64,000 bases of DNA from Tubulanus polymorphus (lineage: Eukaryota; Animalia; Nemertea). Under the pieces are notes generated by a model. That model worked only from the letters and a program-made list of their open reading frames with translations. It did not search any database and was not told where the DNA came from. Positions 40,954 through 54,625 of the stretch are shown piece after piece. Within the stretch, counting starts at the first letter, position 1. Each line of letters opens with the position of its first letter. Where the stretch lies: the NCBI RefSeq assembly GCF_964204645.1, contig NC_134033.1, positions 12,842,655 to 12,906,654 on the forward strand. The letters run 5' to 3'. The translations under genes and the position numbers were made by a program.

Positions 40954-41681
40954 CTAAGACATAGTCGAAGCGTTGAATAGATAGTTAGTCCGAAGAAACA
41001 TTTCGGATATTTTCTTTACACTGAGTGCAGAATCTTATGTTATCTTTCAACGCGTACATTATTTCGTCAGTGATTAAGGTACGTTTATCCTATTACGTAT
41101 CCACAATTTAATCGTTACCGTAAAAAATATATTCGTTAAAACTTTTACGTTAATGGTTCAGTTGGTTTGTTATGGTTTTTATTCGCTGCACCTGGTCACC
41201 GATACATCCAATTAAATTTTAATTGCTTGACCCGAGCCGATAGACAGATACCGATGAGGATAATTGGTCGTCGAAAAGTCGTCATAACAGGTTGTCAAGT
41301 CGTCGCACACAGCTATCGTTTGGTCAGTTGCCGAGAAAGACAGCTCAGGAGGGCGGACAGACAGATACACGCGGCCCAGCGGACTCATATCATCTTTAGT
41401 CACAGACTCGCACTCAGGTAAGCCGATTGTTTCAACAAACCGAAAGATTTTTGATTTCTCGCGAAGCTAAGGATAATTTTGAATCGGTCGCTATTGTTTT
41501 AATGGTATTCATGGGTAATTTCTTTAAAGAATGAAATAATTTCTAAAATACGGGCATCGTTATTGTGTAATGAAAAAGCATTCAATGTTTAACATTGACT
41601 ATCATTTTACATTCTTGTTTCACGTTTCATAATGTATACACTAGACTTTAAATTTTAGTTTCGTTTTTTTAGAAGAACAAA

Positions 41682-43488
41682 ATGTGGAAGCTATCAGTAC
41701 TCGTCGCAGCTTTCGTAGCTGTAACTGGTAAGTTGATATTTTTAAATGATATCTTAAGGACATGAGATCTTTCTTTTTAAACCAATGGTTTATTACGTGT
41801 TGAATGGGGAGGACAGTTAATGATTTTTCAAAGATAATCTGCAATTAGGATAGAATATTTAGAATGACGATTTGTTGTTCAGTTAATGAATTACAGAGTT
41901 TCCAAACTGGGTCATGAAATCGAGGTATTCTTCAAATTATCTGCCAAACCTCTATCATCAATGGCTGAGTTACTAATTTTAGTGCATATTCTCATTTTCA
42001 GCTGGTAACAAGCAACTCGTTGCAGGTGCGTCATTTTCTTCTGGTTTCTTGCAAAATCTGCGGTCCTTCCGTATGGTGGATGGTCGCTTTAAAGAGGACA
42101 AAATGCAGATGCCTGTTAAAGGTGTTTAGCTTCTCTTTAAAAAAAAAACCTTGCCACAATGTAGTCACAATGGCACACGTCCATTTAACCTCTATATTGT
42201 TCGACCAACCACCGATTATTCTAGATAAAACAATTTGGGGAGATAAACTTGAAAAAAAAAACATTGGAAAAAATTGGAAATTTATGTCGATGTTAGCCTG
42301 ACTTAAGCTGGATCATCGCATCTATTATGGAACATACTCTAGTAATCCCAAGGCAAATGCCCACAGGCAATAACAATAATTTTACTGTCGTCCGTATTGG
42401 CGAATTTCCAGTGATACATTATTTGCTGTAATCATTTTCAGTGGAGAAAAAGAGCGTGTTCTTGTATACACGAGAATGCGAAGACGAAACGTTACACAAA
42501 ACGTTCAAAGCAGGTCACGTGTGGAAGAGCAGGTGCATCGTCTGGACTTGTGCCGTGACACCAGGTGGCGCTTTCAATATTCCAGTCAAACTCGGTAAGT
42601 ATATAAAACAAATAACTGATTATGAAACAGCCATTCACGTATACCAACTATAGTAGCTTGAAGTGATTATCTTGAAATAATCATAATTGGCTCATAATAG
42701 TTGTATAATAACTGACTCTTTGACTAGGGTCCAATGTTTTCACGCCCTCTGGTGGGATAATATTTACTACTTATTCATAAACTTTACTTTTAGTGATGCG
42801 TTATCGTTGACGTTTTGCTAGTAAAGTTTGTAAATCAGAACAAGAGTTTGTCGGACAAAGCAAAGCAAAGCTAAATTGATGAATATTATTTCGTTTTCAG
42901 AATGTGAGAATCTCCAAATTAAGGGTGGTAAAGAATCTAAAGAATGCGTCCCAGTCGGAACAACTAATCTTAAAATCAAACGTAACGATCACCTTTACAA
43001 GAACTGCGACTGTGTTTGGATGTTCAACCAACTGCAATACCACTGTCCAGTCGAGCGTGAACATTTAGAGGGCAAAGCCTCCCCCGCAGGAAAAGATAAA
43101 AAGGTAAACAAGAAAACTAAATTTAAAGTTTATTGACACCTTGAATGATATAATATTGACTACAAGACCGACTCTTACTGGCGCCACCCATGGAGGTGGT
43201 GGCATTCTCCATAATTTCGTTCATTTTTTCTCGCTTCATTTACTCAAAATTCAATATATAAACGTAATCGTTCTTAACGTTTCTCAGGAGGTCAAGAAAG
43301 TAACCAACATGAAGGAAGAGCTGAACGTATCGAAGAAACTCGATGCGCTGAAGAAAGAGCCGAAATTGATACCGAAGAAGGCAGCCGGCGAAAAACCAAA
43401 GGAAGTGAAGAAGGAAGAAAAGAAGGGCTTACAGCTCCCTCTACCGGCCCCGGACAAAAAGACCAAGAAGGAACACAAGAAACCATAA
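41682..43488 (+). CDS. Small secreted cysteine-rich protein with Lys/Glu-rich C-terminal tail (208 aa)
   Basis: Exons 41682-41727 (MWKLSVLVAAFVAVT), 42002-42025, 42442-42594, 42901-43103 and 43288-43488; GT-AG, phase-consistent (627 nt); 8 Cys; 5'UTR donor at 41418; AATAAA at ~43874. Confidence 0.82.
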
Positions 43489-44264
43489 TTGTCACTATCA
43501 CCTCGTTTACAGTAAGCAGACGCGTATTTAGGAACACCGACAGAATCACTGAGTTCATTATACTCGATTATTTGACGATTCTTTTAATCAATTCGTATTT
43601 ATTTGAATTAACAATGAACGGATACACCCACCTTAAAGCGACACCTGTCGGCTTCGCATTTTTTTTTAAACTAGCGAGGCGTGTCGGGAAATCGAAGATA
43701 GTTCGGTGATAAGTCGGTTTTGTTTTCTGATGCGAACTGCTATTCTGCTAGGTAAATCGCGAGCAAAGTGACAAAATATCAAAATTGAACGAGAACATTT
43801 TTTACGAGGTTAACAAATTAGTTTAATCAACTCGCAATCAATCAATTAATATCAATTAATCAATTAACGAATTAATAAACGTTGTAACATACTGTAGTTA
43901 TTATCAACGATATTTCTAATCGGTTTAAAGTCGTCTTTATTTCATGAAATGTCCCTCTATCTTAATATCGTTTTGTAAAAGAAGTGCCGCCATGCGTTCG
44001 TTCCTCCAAATCTCTGTCTATCTTCTTACATCAAATAAAAAAGCAACGTAATATGCAAATATGCACGCGTGTCTTGTATATTCTGTTTTGATCATGCCGC
44101 ACGACTGAGAATAATATACGGGTTCGAATCCACCGGTAGCTTAAACAGGCTTCCGGTAAACACTAGATGGCGCAAGAATGTAATGGGCTACTCGCAAAAA
44201 CAAAACAATATGGCAGCATATAGCCGCCGATAGGGTATAGAGGATCCAGAGAGAAATACTCATT

Positions 44265-44337
44265 TACCGAGACCGGGACTCGAACTACAGACCTGCCACA
44301 TGCCGGGCGATTGCTCTACCAATTGAGCTATGGGGGT
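44265..44337 (-). mobile_element. tRNA(Ala)-derived pseudogene or SINE head
   Basis: Minus strand TAGCTCAATTGGTAGAGCA...GGCAT...AGTTCGAGTCCC; A and B boxes present, acceptor stem broken. Confidence 0.55.
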
Positions 44338-47300
44338 GACTTGCAGTTCAATCCCCGAACTCTTAATTCGTTCTAAGCTTCCTGGCACAGGCTAGCGTTA
44401 GGGTCAGAGATAGAGGACCTTTGATTACATACCTTATTAAGTTAGAGACACCCCATCGTTGCGCGGGCAGCGGGAGAGCTTGTAACTAATTATAATCACG
44501 TGTATAGAGTGGAGTATTAGCGGACGAGCGAAAATCTGTCAACCACCGAGACCGGGAGTTATCAATTCATAACTTAATAGCCTGTTAAGACAACGGAAGA
44601 TTTCAAAAATCCCCCGAACTTAAGGAAAAGTTCTTGAAATCTGCGTCAGATTACAGACAACGTTGTTCCTTACTCGACGTATTCAACTTTCATAGAAACG
44701 ACTGGATCTTTCGAATTTTTCAGATACAGTAAAATATAGTCGTTTCCATTAGGAAGGACGAGTTCAAAAAATAAATACGTTGCCTCGAGTATCGCGCCAA
44801 CTCGATATCCTAGTATTAGGTCGACACAAGATAAGGTAAAACCGTTGTGATTTTCATAGTAAAATATTTTATTAAATATCAGCCGCCCCTGCTGGAGGTA
44901 TAAAAATAATGATGACAGCAAAAAGAACAAGATAACGAGATATAAGAGAGATAGAGAGACTAGATTAATAATGATAATAATAATAATCATAATCATAATC
45001 ATAACTATAATGATAATAATAATATTTCTAATGATCATAATAATGATAACAATAACAATGATGATAAACAATCATAACATTTACGATGACTAGATTTTTA
45101 TTGTTTACATTACATTTTAGTAGTTATTCTCTGATCAGTCCCTACTGGCTACCGTCCATTTTTTGCAAGCGATATAAATAAGGTACTTGCAGGCCCTCTT
45201 TATAGAAGCCAATTAACCGGTTGTAATTATCGCCTGACCATTTTGGTTCGACAAGTCGACATAAGCGTAGAACAGGTCAGAGTCACAGGTCCCGAACTAC
45301 CCGATCGAGAATGTCTGCAATGACCTAAGATGGCGACCATTTATCCGACTCTTCGGTAGAAATAGCTACGGGAAATCGAAATATCATATACCAACCGGAA
45401 GTGAGAACTAGTTATCTGCGTACATTGTTCTAATTGGTCGGTTGGCGTCGACTTCTCAAAATTCAAGCCAATCAACGCATCACGATATAATACTTCCGGT
45501 CGAATGTCCTCTTCGTTTTTAGTAAATGAATTACTGCTAAGTTCAAGGTTACGCGGCTATTCGCAACCGTATTCTGATTAGCTAAAACTGTGATGCTGCG
45601 GATTAAAAAGTCACACGTTGTTACGTATGAATGACTTTTTACTTACCGAATTTTTATATCGTATTATCATGATTTTGATTATCATTATTACCATTATCAT
45701 TATCAGATATTATAATACAATTACATATGTACATACACATTATCATTTCATAAATGCAATATTTCTTTCATCGTTTCGGTAAAATATTTTTTCAATATAT
45801 TATACTGTTAATAAAGACTTGGAAATTCCAAAGAGAAACGTCGACTATTGATAACTCCATACGAATATGTCGATAAGATGATGAAATCTATTGCCCTAAA
45901 AACTACGGATCTTCTAAACGGAACGAGGATAAAAAACACACTGTCCACTAGAACAGCATTTAACTTCTTAACGCATCGAAGTTTGATGAAAAGAACACAT
46001 TTTTCAAGCCACATCAGGAACAAACTTCTACTGCTTTCATATTATATGCAAACCATTCTGTAAAAGACCTCTGTGAATCATTACGTATGATAAGAAATGT
46101 TCATTGACGTCAACAGAATATTTTTTTTTGTAACTTGATATCATTTCGTAACAGAAAAGAAAACATTTGTAACTTGATATGAAGTAGTTTTTATGGAAAA
46201 TTTAACAATGGACAATCATACAATTATTCCTATGATACACACCGGAGCTCGAAACAATTTCACAGAAAATCAACTGCCCACACGTATAATCTATAACTGC
46301 TTGCTTTATGGTGAAGCTCGTAGTGACCCCTAACGGACAACGAATTATCAAGAAACTATTTCGAAACGAAACACGAAGAACACTTCTACATTTCGACGCG
46401 CTGATTGGTCGGTTAGCCAGAATACCAAATTTCTTCTACACGCTGATTGGTCGTTCAGCTGGAATACCTAATACTACCCGACAAATCAAGATAGGGTTAT
46501 CTGACGATATCGTTAGACTGTCAGGGTAAGAATCCCTGCCGTGTGGACCCATCCTCTCTCTCGAGGTTTCGAAGCTAATCGCAATGCGCAGGGGTGGATC
46601 CAGGCATAGAAGTGGGGTGGGCAGAGGTCCTATGCCTATGTGGGAACGTGGGACATGAACAGCGAGTACTGTTTTAACGTGAACCACTAAAATGGGGTTT
46701 GCGGTTGCAATTATTTGTGAAAATGTTATCCTGGCTAAAAAGGTGGGATGGGCCCCTAAATCCTTCCCTGGTGCGAGTAGTCGTAGAGTCTTGATACCCA
46801 CTTAAAGGGTACCCTATATTGCGTAAAACCCCTAAAACCCTTTCGGAAAGAACCTACAAACGTATCATATTAAGAAAAAAAGCCGATTGACACTATAAAT
46901 GACTTAGTAATTGAATGCTTGTTTCATGGCTTCCTGCTTTAACGTGTGTTTGTGCGAATTCGAAGTCGATTGTATCAAATCTGCCCTAAAATGAAGATGT
47001 ATGAGAGGAAGCTACGGACTTTGTTTGTACTCTAAGAATATACAGAATTTTATCGCTAAAATTACCAAATAAATCAACAGCGATTCAGTATTGGGTTACT
47101 GACATTTAGCATTTCTATTCATGTATTGAAAACTAAATCGTGGCAGTTAATGTGCATACGTACAGCCCTCTATCATAAGGCAGTCGAAAAAGAGATATCA
47201 CAAAAATAATCATATACAGATTAGAATATCAATATCAACTATAAAAATCAACGAATCTTGCACATACGGGTCCGGTTTCATGGACTACAAAACATCGGGG

Positions 47301-48049
47301 ATATATTTTTCACCGCGTTAGTTCTTATCTATTCGTTAAAGGAAACTCCGTCGATATGTTAGTCAATGAACCCGGTCCCAGTGGAATGTATTCAGCAATT
47401 CATTCTGCATCTACCTATATATTCATTTAGAAAAAAAAAATCAACAACGCGCGTAAAACGGAATGATAGAATTATTGCCAAAATGTAACGATAAATTGCT
47501 TCGAAGATCATTGAAAAATTATACGCAGAAAAGCCATCTTTAAAAAGTAAAAGGAATGTGAGTCAAACATGTTCAACAGAATATGCCAGAAACTTTAAAA
47601 AAATGATTTGCCGGGATTCGAACCCGCTCGCAGCAGCGACTGATGCCGGGTAGATTCGAATCCCTTTAAAAGGAATATTTTTAACGAGAAAATGGCTTAT
47701 AATCATATCATGATTTAAATAACAACAAATTAGTTTTGGAAAAAAATGGCAACCGGGTTTAAACACTATATACACAATGAGCCCTAGTCCTGTCTCCATT
47801 TCCCAATTGATATAGTAATACGCGTAACCAATCACAAGTCGGCTTTAAGATACATATAACACAATAAAATATTTGACCTTTGACCAAAACATATATGAAA
47901 GACGTAAGCTGATTGGTCGAAATGATCGAGCAGTTTTTTCGAAATGAACCAATTATTGACGCGTACCGCCATCTCTCTCTCTCACACACACACTGTTCCT
48001 ATGTTCCGCGCCGAACTAAGAAGCTAAAAGCTAAACGAAAGAGTCCCAT

Positions 48050-48283
48050 ATGATAAGATATTCATCTGAATTCATTGAAATGAAACCACAACGTTTTGGC
48101 TGTTGACTAACAGCCATCATCAGGTAGAATGACCACCAAAAACAGAAGAAGCAAAGTTTTAAGAATCCTCAGAACATTGTTACTTCTGTTTCCGGTGGTC
48201 ATTCCACCTGATGATGGCTGTTAGTCAACAGCCGAAATGTTGCGGTTTCGTTTCAAAGAATTTCATTTGATAAGAATCTTATC
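48050..48283. mobile_element. Inverted pair of Penelope-like terminal repeats, each with a minimal hammerhead-like core
   Basis: Long palindrome; plus arm CTGATGA-T-GGCTGTT-agtc-AACAGCC-GAAA (48208-48237), mirrored on the minus arm. Confidence 0.6.
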
Positions 48284-49865
48284 GGGGGCTTTTTCATTAA
48301 TGTACAGTTGACACGGATTAGAGTGTTTTATTTTCGACGACTAAGCTATAGGCTATATCTACTATAATACAAGCGTTTTTGATGAAAGATGAAATGTGCG
48401 CAAAATGCTCACGAGCATCTAACGACGTTCTCGGAGAGGTTACTGAAACAATGATGAAAATCGTTAATAACAGCCTGTAACGAATGCTTATTCTCTAGTT
48501 TTCATACATAGTTTACAATTCCTATAGTAAAGTTTATATCCTATTTACACCGCGCGCATGCGCGTTCGTAGAGAAAATAGAAATCGTATTTTACACAGCT
48601 GATAGACGAAGGAAAACGTTACTCTTTTATTCTTGCGAGAAAAATCGACGATGCGCGATCGAAGAAGACGCATTTCTCTAAACGGTGTCGGTACAAACTA
48701 CGATATGAAAGTGCGTCGAAAGATATTTGTGAATTTGACACTTGGCCACTAACCTCGGACAAGAATACATATCTCTATCGTAAACAGGAGAGACCCGGTA
48801 GGCTACGTACGTGGATTTTTACTACTCGGGCTTGAGAAATTTCAAATGCAAAAAGAATAGTTACCAAAGCGTTATCTTAACTGATAGCCTCGACGCAGAA
48901 GTCGGATATCGATTTTCTATACAAAATTATAATCATCATTTTAATCATCATCATCATTATTATTATCATTATTATTAATATCTATTTTTCGTTACTGTTA
49001 TAATCATTATGTACACGAATTGTGATTGTTGTTTGAGAAATCGGGAAAAAAAACGTAGATTCTTAAATGTATTCGAAATGTACGTATATACTACAAGGTC
49101 AAGGTCATATACACACGTAGATCGTAGCGATACCGGAAATGGCGCTTGAAACACGAATATAATGAGACGAAGTTCGTTTGGTTTGGTTTTCCGTTCATTT
49201 TCGGTCGAAACGGTGAGATTTTTATACATACTTGTTTATAATAAGCTGCTATTTAGAACTTGTCGAGGAATGCACATAAGCCTATACAGCCACGCACCCG
49301 CACTATGGACATTCATTCATACAGTTTTGCGAAACGGTCGCCGTGCGCAAGTTTAACCGTGACATCTATTTTGGAGCGAAAATAGGAAGCGGCAGCTTCT
49401 TCATCGATTCATTCAGTGGTCAGTAGTAGCTGCTTATTGCTAATACTTGAGTCTTGTTTCGCTCCCGGCAGGTGTGGTGGGTTTGTGAGGGACACCAAAT
49501 CAAAACAAATAAAACGAAATCTACCAATCAAATAAATTACAGGTTCAATCCCTATTTTAGAAATTTGAGTCTTCAAGTCCGTGTTGTAACGATGCCATAA
49601 AATCCCACAACCAAGAAATGAAGATAGAGTATGCAATGTGCTAATCTTTAGGGCCGGTTCCATAGTCTATTAACCGGGCCCTGACACAATCTTCGGCCCC
49701 GGTCTTAAACTTTCGATCCAAAATAGATATCACGAATTTCCGTATTTTCTACACGCTCTGCTGTTGATGGAGAGACCTGATTATATGTATTTTTATATCA
49801 TATGTTTATAATATTCGCTTCTTACAACGAGCATTTTATCGAAATGACCCATTGCACGATTTCAG

Positions 49866-52851
49866 TCAAATGACCGATTCTTTATTGTCGCCATTACTAC
49901 CGACACTTCCGATGCTATCGCTTCCGCAAATGTGCATTTCGATTTCGGACAGTCGTTGCTCGACCTCCCATTGCTGTTGATTCAGTTTAATGCTCATCGT
50001 GGCGTTCTCCGTCTCCAGGTGCACCAGACGTTCGCGCAGACGCTGTATCTCCTGCAGTAGAATCTCGCTCGACGGATCCCTCGATAACGATTGGCTGCTG
50101 GAAGTCAAGTGTGAACTGTACGGTATGCTCAGCGTGTTTAACGGTTGGTTCGGACTGAGACTGACGTGCGCGTGGCCCGGCGAGTATAAGTTCGAAACGC
50201 TCAGCGGCGAATAACTCGGCGATAAGTTTCTAATGGGAAGAGTGTGTTGTGAATGGTGCGATGCGGCAGGTGACAATTTTGGCGATATCAGGCCGGCTCC
50301 GAATGTCTGCAATGGGATATTATCCGTAAGTATGTTTGGCGGCGCCACAATCGACCCAGACGGGCCTTGTATTCCGATATTCGGTACCTGGTGCGACGCG
50401 AGCGGTCTTTGAAACGTTGTCAATTGCATTGGCGATGCTGGCGGGGTCAAGGTTACATGAGGCGATTTCGGAAACGAGGTTTCGGTGCCGTTTGACGTCA
50501 CCGAGGACGTGGTGACGGACTGAGTGATGTGGTCGTGTTGACCGGATTTTGGCGGTAATTCCGAGTCTTCAGCGACGTGGTGATGTATCTCGTTATTGTC
50601 ACTAGTGGTGGATGGATGCGACCCGGATAAATTACCAGCGCTGGCGCTGTGCGAGTGCACGGCTAATCCACCCGTCGAGGCCGTTAAGCCCCGAGCGTAC
50701 GCGAGTGCCATGTTTTCTATCGGGATTTTCCCGGCGGATTCAACTAATCCCGGTGTACTTTTACTCCGACTTAAAGCAGCTGAAAAACATGACAAATACG
50801 ATTTTAATCCGGCGGGTAATTCAACACCAGCAGGTTCGAATCCCTGCATGAGAGGATATTATTATGCGTCCTAAGCGCAGAGAATATACAAATGCTTTAC
50901 GCGGATTAAAAAGTCGCACAATAAAACTTTTATATAGATAGAAATGTGTTAAAATGAACACATCCTCTCAAAAATAATTTCAAAAATTTATCAAAAATGT
51001 TATGAGTTATGGAATGTATTTAATTACAACACGCCAAAATCCACTTTTGAAAACGCCAATATTGATGACGTAGTGTACATCGAATCCCCAATATAACGCA
51101 TACTAGGTGTCAATGTATATAATTCTTAGGGTTTTTACGGCGTCAAAAAATTCTATCGTGAGACTTTTTTTCATGAATCTATATCGTTTTCATGGAGTGT
51201 TTCATTCGACTGATAAAGAAACGGAAATAATCATACTCACCTTTTTCCAGGGGAGCTTTTTTATATTTTTCTAAACGTTTGACGGCGATGGATTCAAGTT
51301 TTACTCGGGCCGCCGGATACTCCTTCAATACGTCCCACATGTCCTTTTTCGATAAACAAAACAGATCGGAATAACCGACCGACCGAACGGATGCCGTTCG
51401 GCGATTTCCGGCCGTGCCCATGTTGAGAATACTTATTTCTCCGAAATAGCTGCCTGGCTTCAGCGTAGCCAATATTGTTCTGCCGTTTTCGGCTACCACC
51501 TGCAGGCGACCTCTATTGACGATGTACATTTCTTTGCCAACCTCCCCTGAAAATAATGAAAAGCAGGCGTTGAAAGAACAAACTAACGTTTATTTTTCAC
51601 CAACGAGGACACCCAGTTATTGTTGTTAGCGGCCATTTCGCAGACGGTTCCATCACGTTATAGAAACAGAACACACAGATTGTGAAACGGGCAACAGGTC
51701 CTTACTTGAAATTCTAAAACTGGTATTGTATCTAAGCCGCGCGGTCATGAAAGCGTTCTTATTCATGAATAACAGTTGTCACCCCAAAATATTTGAACTA
51801 ATTTGTATCCGGTACGAACAGTCGCTACTATGGGACACCGGCAACGCTACAGAGGGAAGAGATGATTCAGTGATAATCCGCCAGGATCGCTAGTGTACTG
51901 GTTACCGCGCTTCAATTTTTTCTTCATTTCCATTCAATTTTTCTCATTAGTAAATCAATTTTCTGTGAAATTTGTAAAATACACCGAGTGGGAAAGGAAG
52001 GGAATCTTATTTCTATCCGATGACTCGTTTGATAATTTTTCGGATTTGGAAGCCTAAAAATCAAGTGTGAATTTCATCAAAAATGAACTGACCCAGTGTT
52101 TGTCGCGCCATCTGGAGGTCAGCCAAAAAACGACTGTAAGATATTCACCGCTTTTCTTCACGTGAACAGCGCATATACGCGTGTATACGTCATTACGCTA
52201 ATTTGGTAATGCTACACCGCTTTTCTTCACGTGAACAGCGCATATACGCGTGTATACGTCATTACGCTAATTTGGTAATGCTAAAGATTTGGAGCGAATT
52301 CCTCGTGAATTCGAACACAAGCATTTTTCAGATTCCTCGAGGACTCCGAAGTATTTTTCCTATTCAATTTGCCGTCAAAAATATTTCGAACATTTCCGCG
52401 AATTCCTTCGAGGAATCTCTGAATAACTAAGCGAACAACGAAAATTCCCTTGACAATTGAAAAAAAAACTAGAGAAAAAAGATGCATCTGATGAATAAAT
52501 AAAGGAATTCTGATGGACACGTCAAGCACGCGCACGCGCGTCGGAGGTATTCATTACCTTTTCTGCATATGAAATCGCCAGGCGAGAACAGGACGGGACG
52601 TAAACGCAATACGAGCTCGCATAGGAATCCTGGATCCGTATTCTGGAATATTTCTACTCGTTTCAGTGTGTCTAAGTGTACGTGTATGGCTATCTCAGCT
52701 TTTAGTTTGTCCGGCAACAGGCTGAGAGTTTTCTCTTCGTCCGTCGACTTGTGACTCGTCCACAGGTAGTCGAACCACTTGATGACGCGGTCTTGCAACT
52801 TCAGCGGCACCCGCCGTAACGACATGTAGGTCTTGACACCGTCCAGTTTGG
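49866..52851 (-). CDS. Cyclic nucleotide-gated cation channel alpha subunit (CNGL-like), last three exons; 5' exons lie beyond the right edge
   Basis: Exons 52851-52558 (C-linker [34 protein letters not shown]), 51546-51241 (CNBD: [36 protein letters not shown]) and 50779-49866 (low-complexity tail plus C-terminal coiled coil). Phase-1 junctions are consistent. Confidence 0.95.
52146..52283. repeat. Exact 69-bp tandem duplication
   Basis: CACCGCTTTTCTTCACGTG...GGTAATGCTA occurs twice. Confidence 0.9.
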
Positions 52852-53726
52852 CTGCAATGAAAAATATTTTTATAACTCTTCCGAAGAAAATATTATACTA
52901 ATTGTATTTACAGTTGGATCATTACGATGGAATTCGAACCTTGAGCCAGATCCACAGGTTGCCGGTAAAATAGCGCCCCTGGAATATTTTCATGGTCCTC
53001 TCATTTTGATATAACTTACAGGGCACTGTTACCATGAACCTCCTCACTTTGAGGTTTAGATCATCAGTAAACTGGTGTTATAGATTGGTATTACCTTTAA
53101 CCCGGGGGTTAACTCAATTGATAATGAATTATGTATGCCCCCGGGTTTAAGGTAATGCCAGTCTAAAAAACCGGGCCCAGGGGGTTAAATCAATATCATT
53201 GGCCTCAGGCTTACTCGGTCCCGGTCAACATGTCACTTTTTTCAAATTTATTTGGGAAAAATCGTCTAGCCACTTCTTAAAAGTTCCCTAATTCCCAAGT
53301 ACGTTCCCCGAATGTTAGGGTACATTCCTAATGGTTAGGGTACAAAAACTGGTCGATGAAAAAAACCAGACGACCTATCAATTTCAGGAAAAACAGAAGC
53401 GTTTTTTATTTGGATACAACCTTCCTGCGGTGTATGAAATATACAATGTGACTGTGAAAGTCTGGTTTGTTTTCATTGAATAGTAAAAGTAGTATCCAAT
53501 AAATTGCCATTACGCGATGCTACTGGGAATAAAGCGAACTCTGGTAAACACACTTCAGCAACTAACGAACTACGTTTCTATCTCGTGGAAAGGTACTCAT
53601 AGAACCTGCCTGCGAAATTTCAAATGTCGTTTGCTTTACTTAATCAAATGTTAGTTTAGTAACCAATACAATGACAGTGATGATGATATTCAGGCGTTGT
53701 ATGATACGCGCATGCATATCTACGTC

Positions 53727-53730
<4 letters not shown>

Positions 53731-53790
<60 letters not shown>

Positions 53791-54205
53791 CCTCCCTCCC
53801 TCCCTCCCTCCCTCCCTCCCTCCCTCCCTCCCTCCCTCCCTCCCTCCCTCCCTCCCTCCCTCCCTCCCTCCCTCCCTCCCTCCCTCCCTCCCTCCCTCCC
53901 TCCCTCCCTCCCTCCCTCCCTCCCTCCCTCCCTCCCTCCCTCCCTCCCTCCCTCCCTCCCTCCCTCCCTCCCTCCCTCCCTCCCTCCCTCCCTCCCTCCC
54001 TCCCTCCCTCCCTCCCTCCCTCCCTCCCTCCCTCCCTCCCTCCCTCCCTCCCTCCCTCCCTCCCTCCCTCCCTCCCTCCCTCCCTCCCTCCCTCCCTCCC
54101 TCCCTCCCTCCCTCCCTCCCTCCCTCCCTCCCTCCCTCCCTCCCTCCCTCCCTCCCTCCCTCCCTCCCTCCCTCCCTCCCTCCCTCCCTCCCTCCCTCCC
54201 TCCCT

Positions 54206-54260
<55 letters not shown>
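53731..54260. repeat. (CT)n-(CCCT)n-(CT)n polypyrimidine satellite
   Basis: Directly visible. Confidence 0.98.
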
Positions 54261-54262
<2 letters not shown>

Positions 54263-54582
54263 GGGCCCCTGTCGGCGCGAATCAATTTAATGTAATTACT
54301 TGCAATCAATTTCGACGGATAAATCCCTTCCCCGAAAATTTGGAAAACGTAATTGCTTTTATCACCATCTGTTCCGATCGACACAATATCACCCGATGTC
54401 AAACGCCATATTTATTAATTAGGTATTTCTTTTAATAAACGGTTATTTTTAAACTGTTAACATCGATCTGGTGCTGGTAGGCTCAATAAGCGTGACGAAG
54501 ATGAAAATCTCATTAACGAGGGAAACATTGTCTTCCACATTTCATTGTTACATAATGGCGTTTTTTCCGCATTGACTTTTAT

Positions 54583-54625
54583 TCACCTGATGAAGCTTCT
54601 ATACACTAGCAGCGAAAGCTCGTAC
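54583..54625 (+). ncRNA. Candidate minimal (Penelope-type) hammerhead ribozyme
   Basis: CAC-CTGATGA-A-GCT...AGC-GAAA-GCTC-GT. Confidence 0.45.

Noticed and set aside
44265-44337. Possible additional functional tRNA
   Set aside because: Acceptor and T stems do not pair; treated as a tRNA-derived repeat.
44670-45071. Hydrophobic Ile-rich ORF resembling a membrane protein
   Set aside because: Derived from degenerate (ATA/ATC)n low-complexity sequence.
50780-50849. ORF-track N-terminus MQGFEPAG... of the last CNG exon
   Set aside because: Phase mismatch with the 51241 donor; this stretch is intronic.
53697-54402. (PPSL)n and (REGG)n ORFs
   Set aside because: Simple-repeat artefact.
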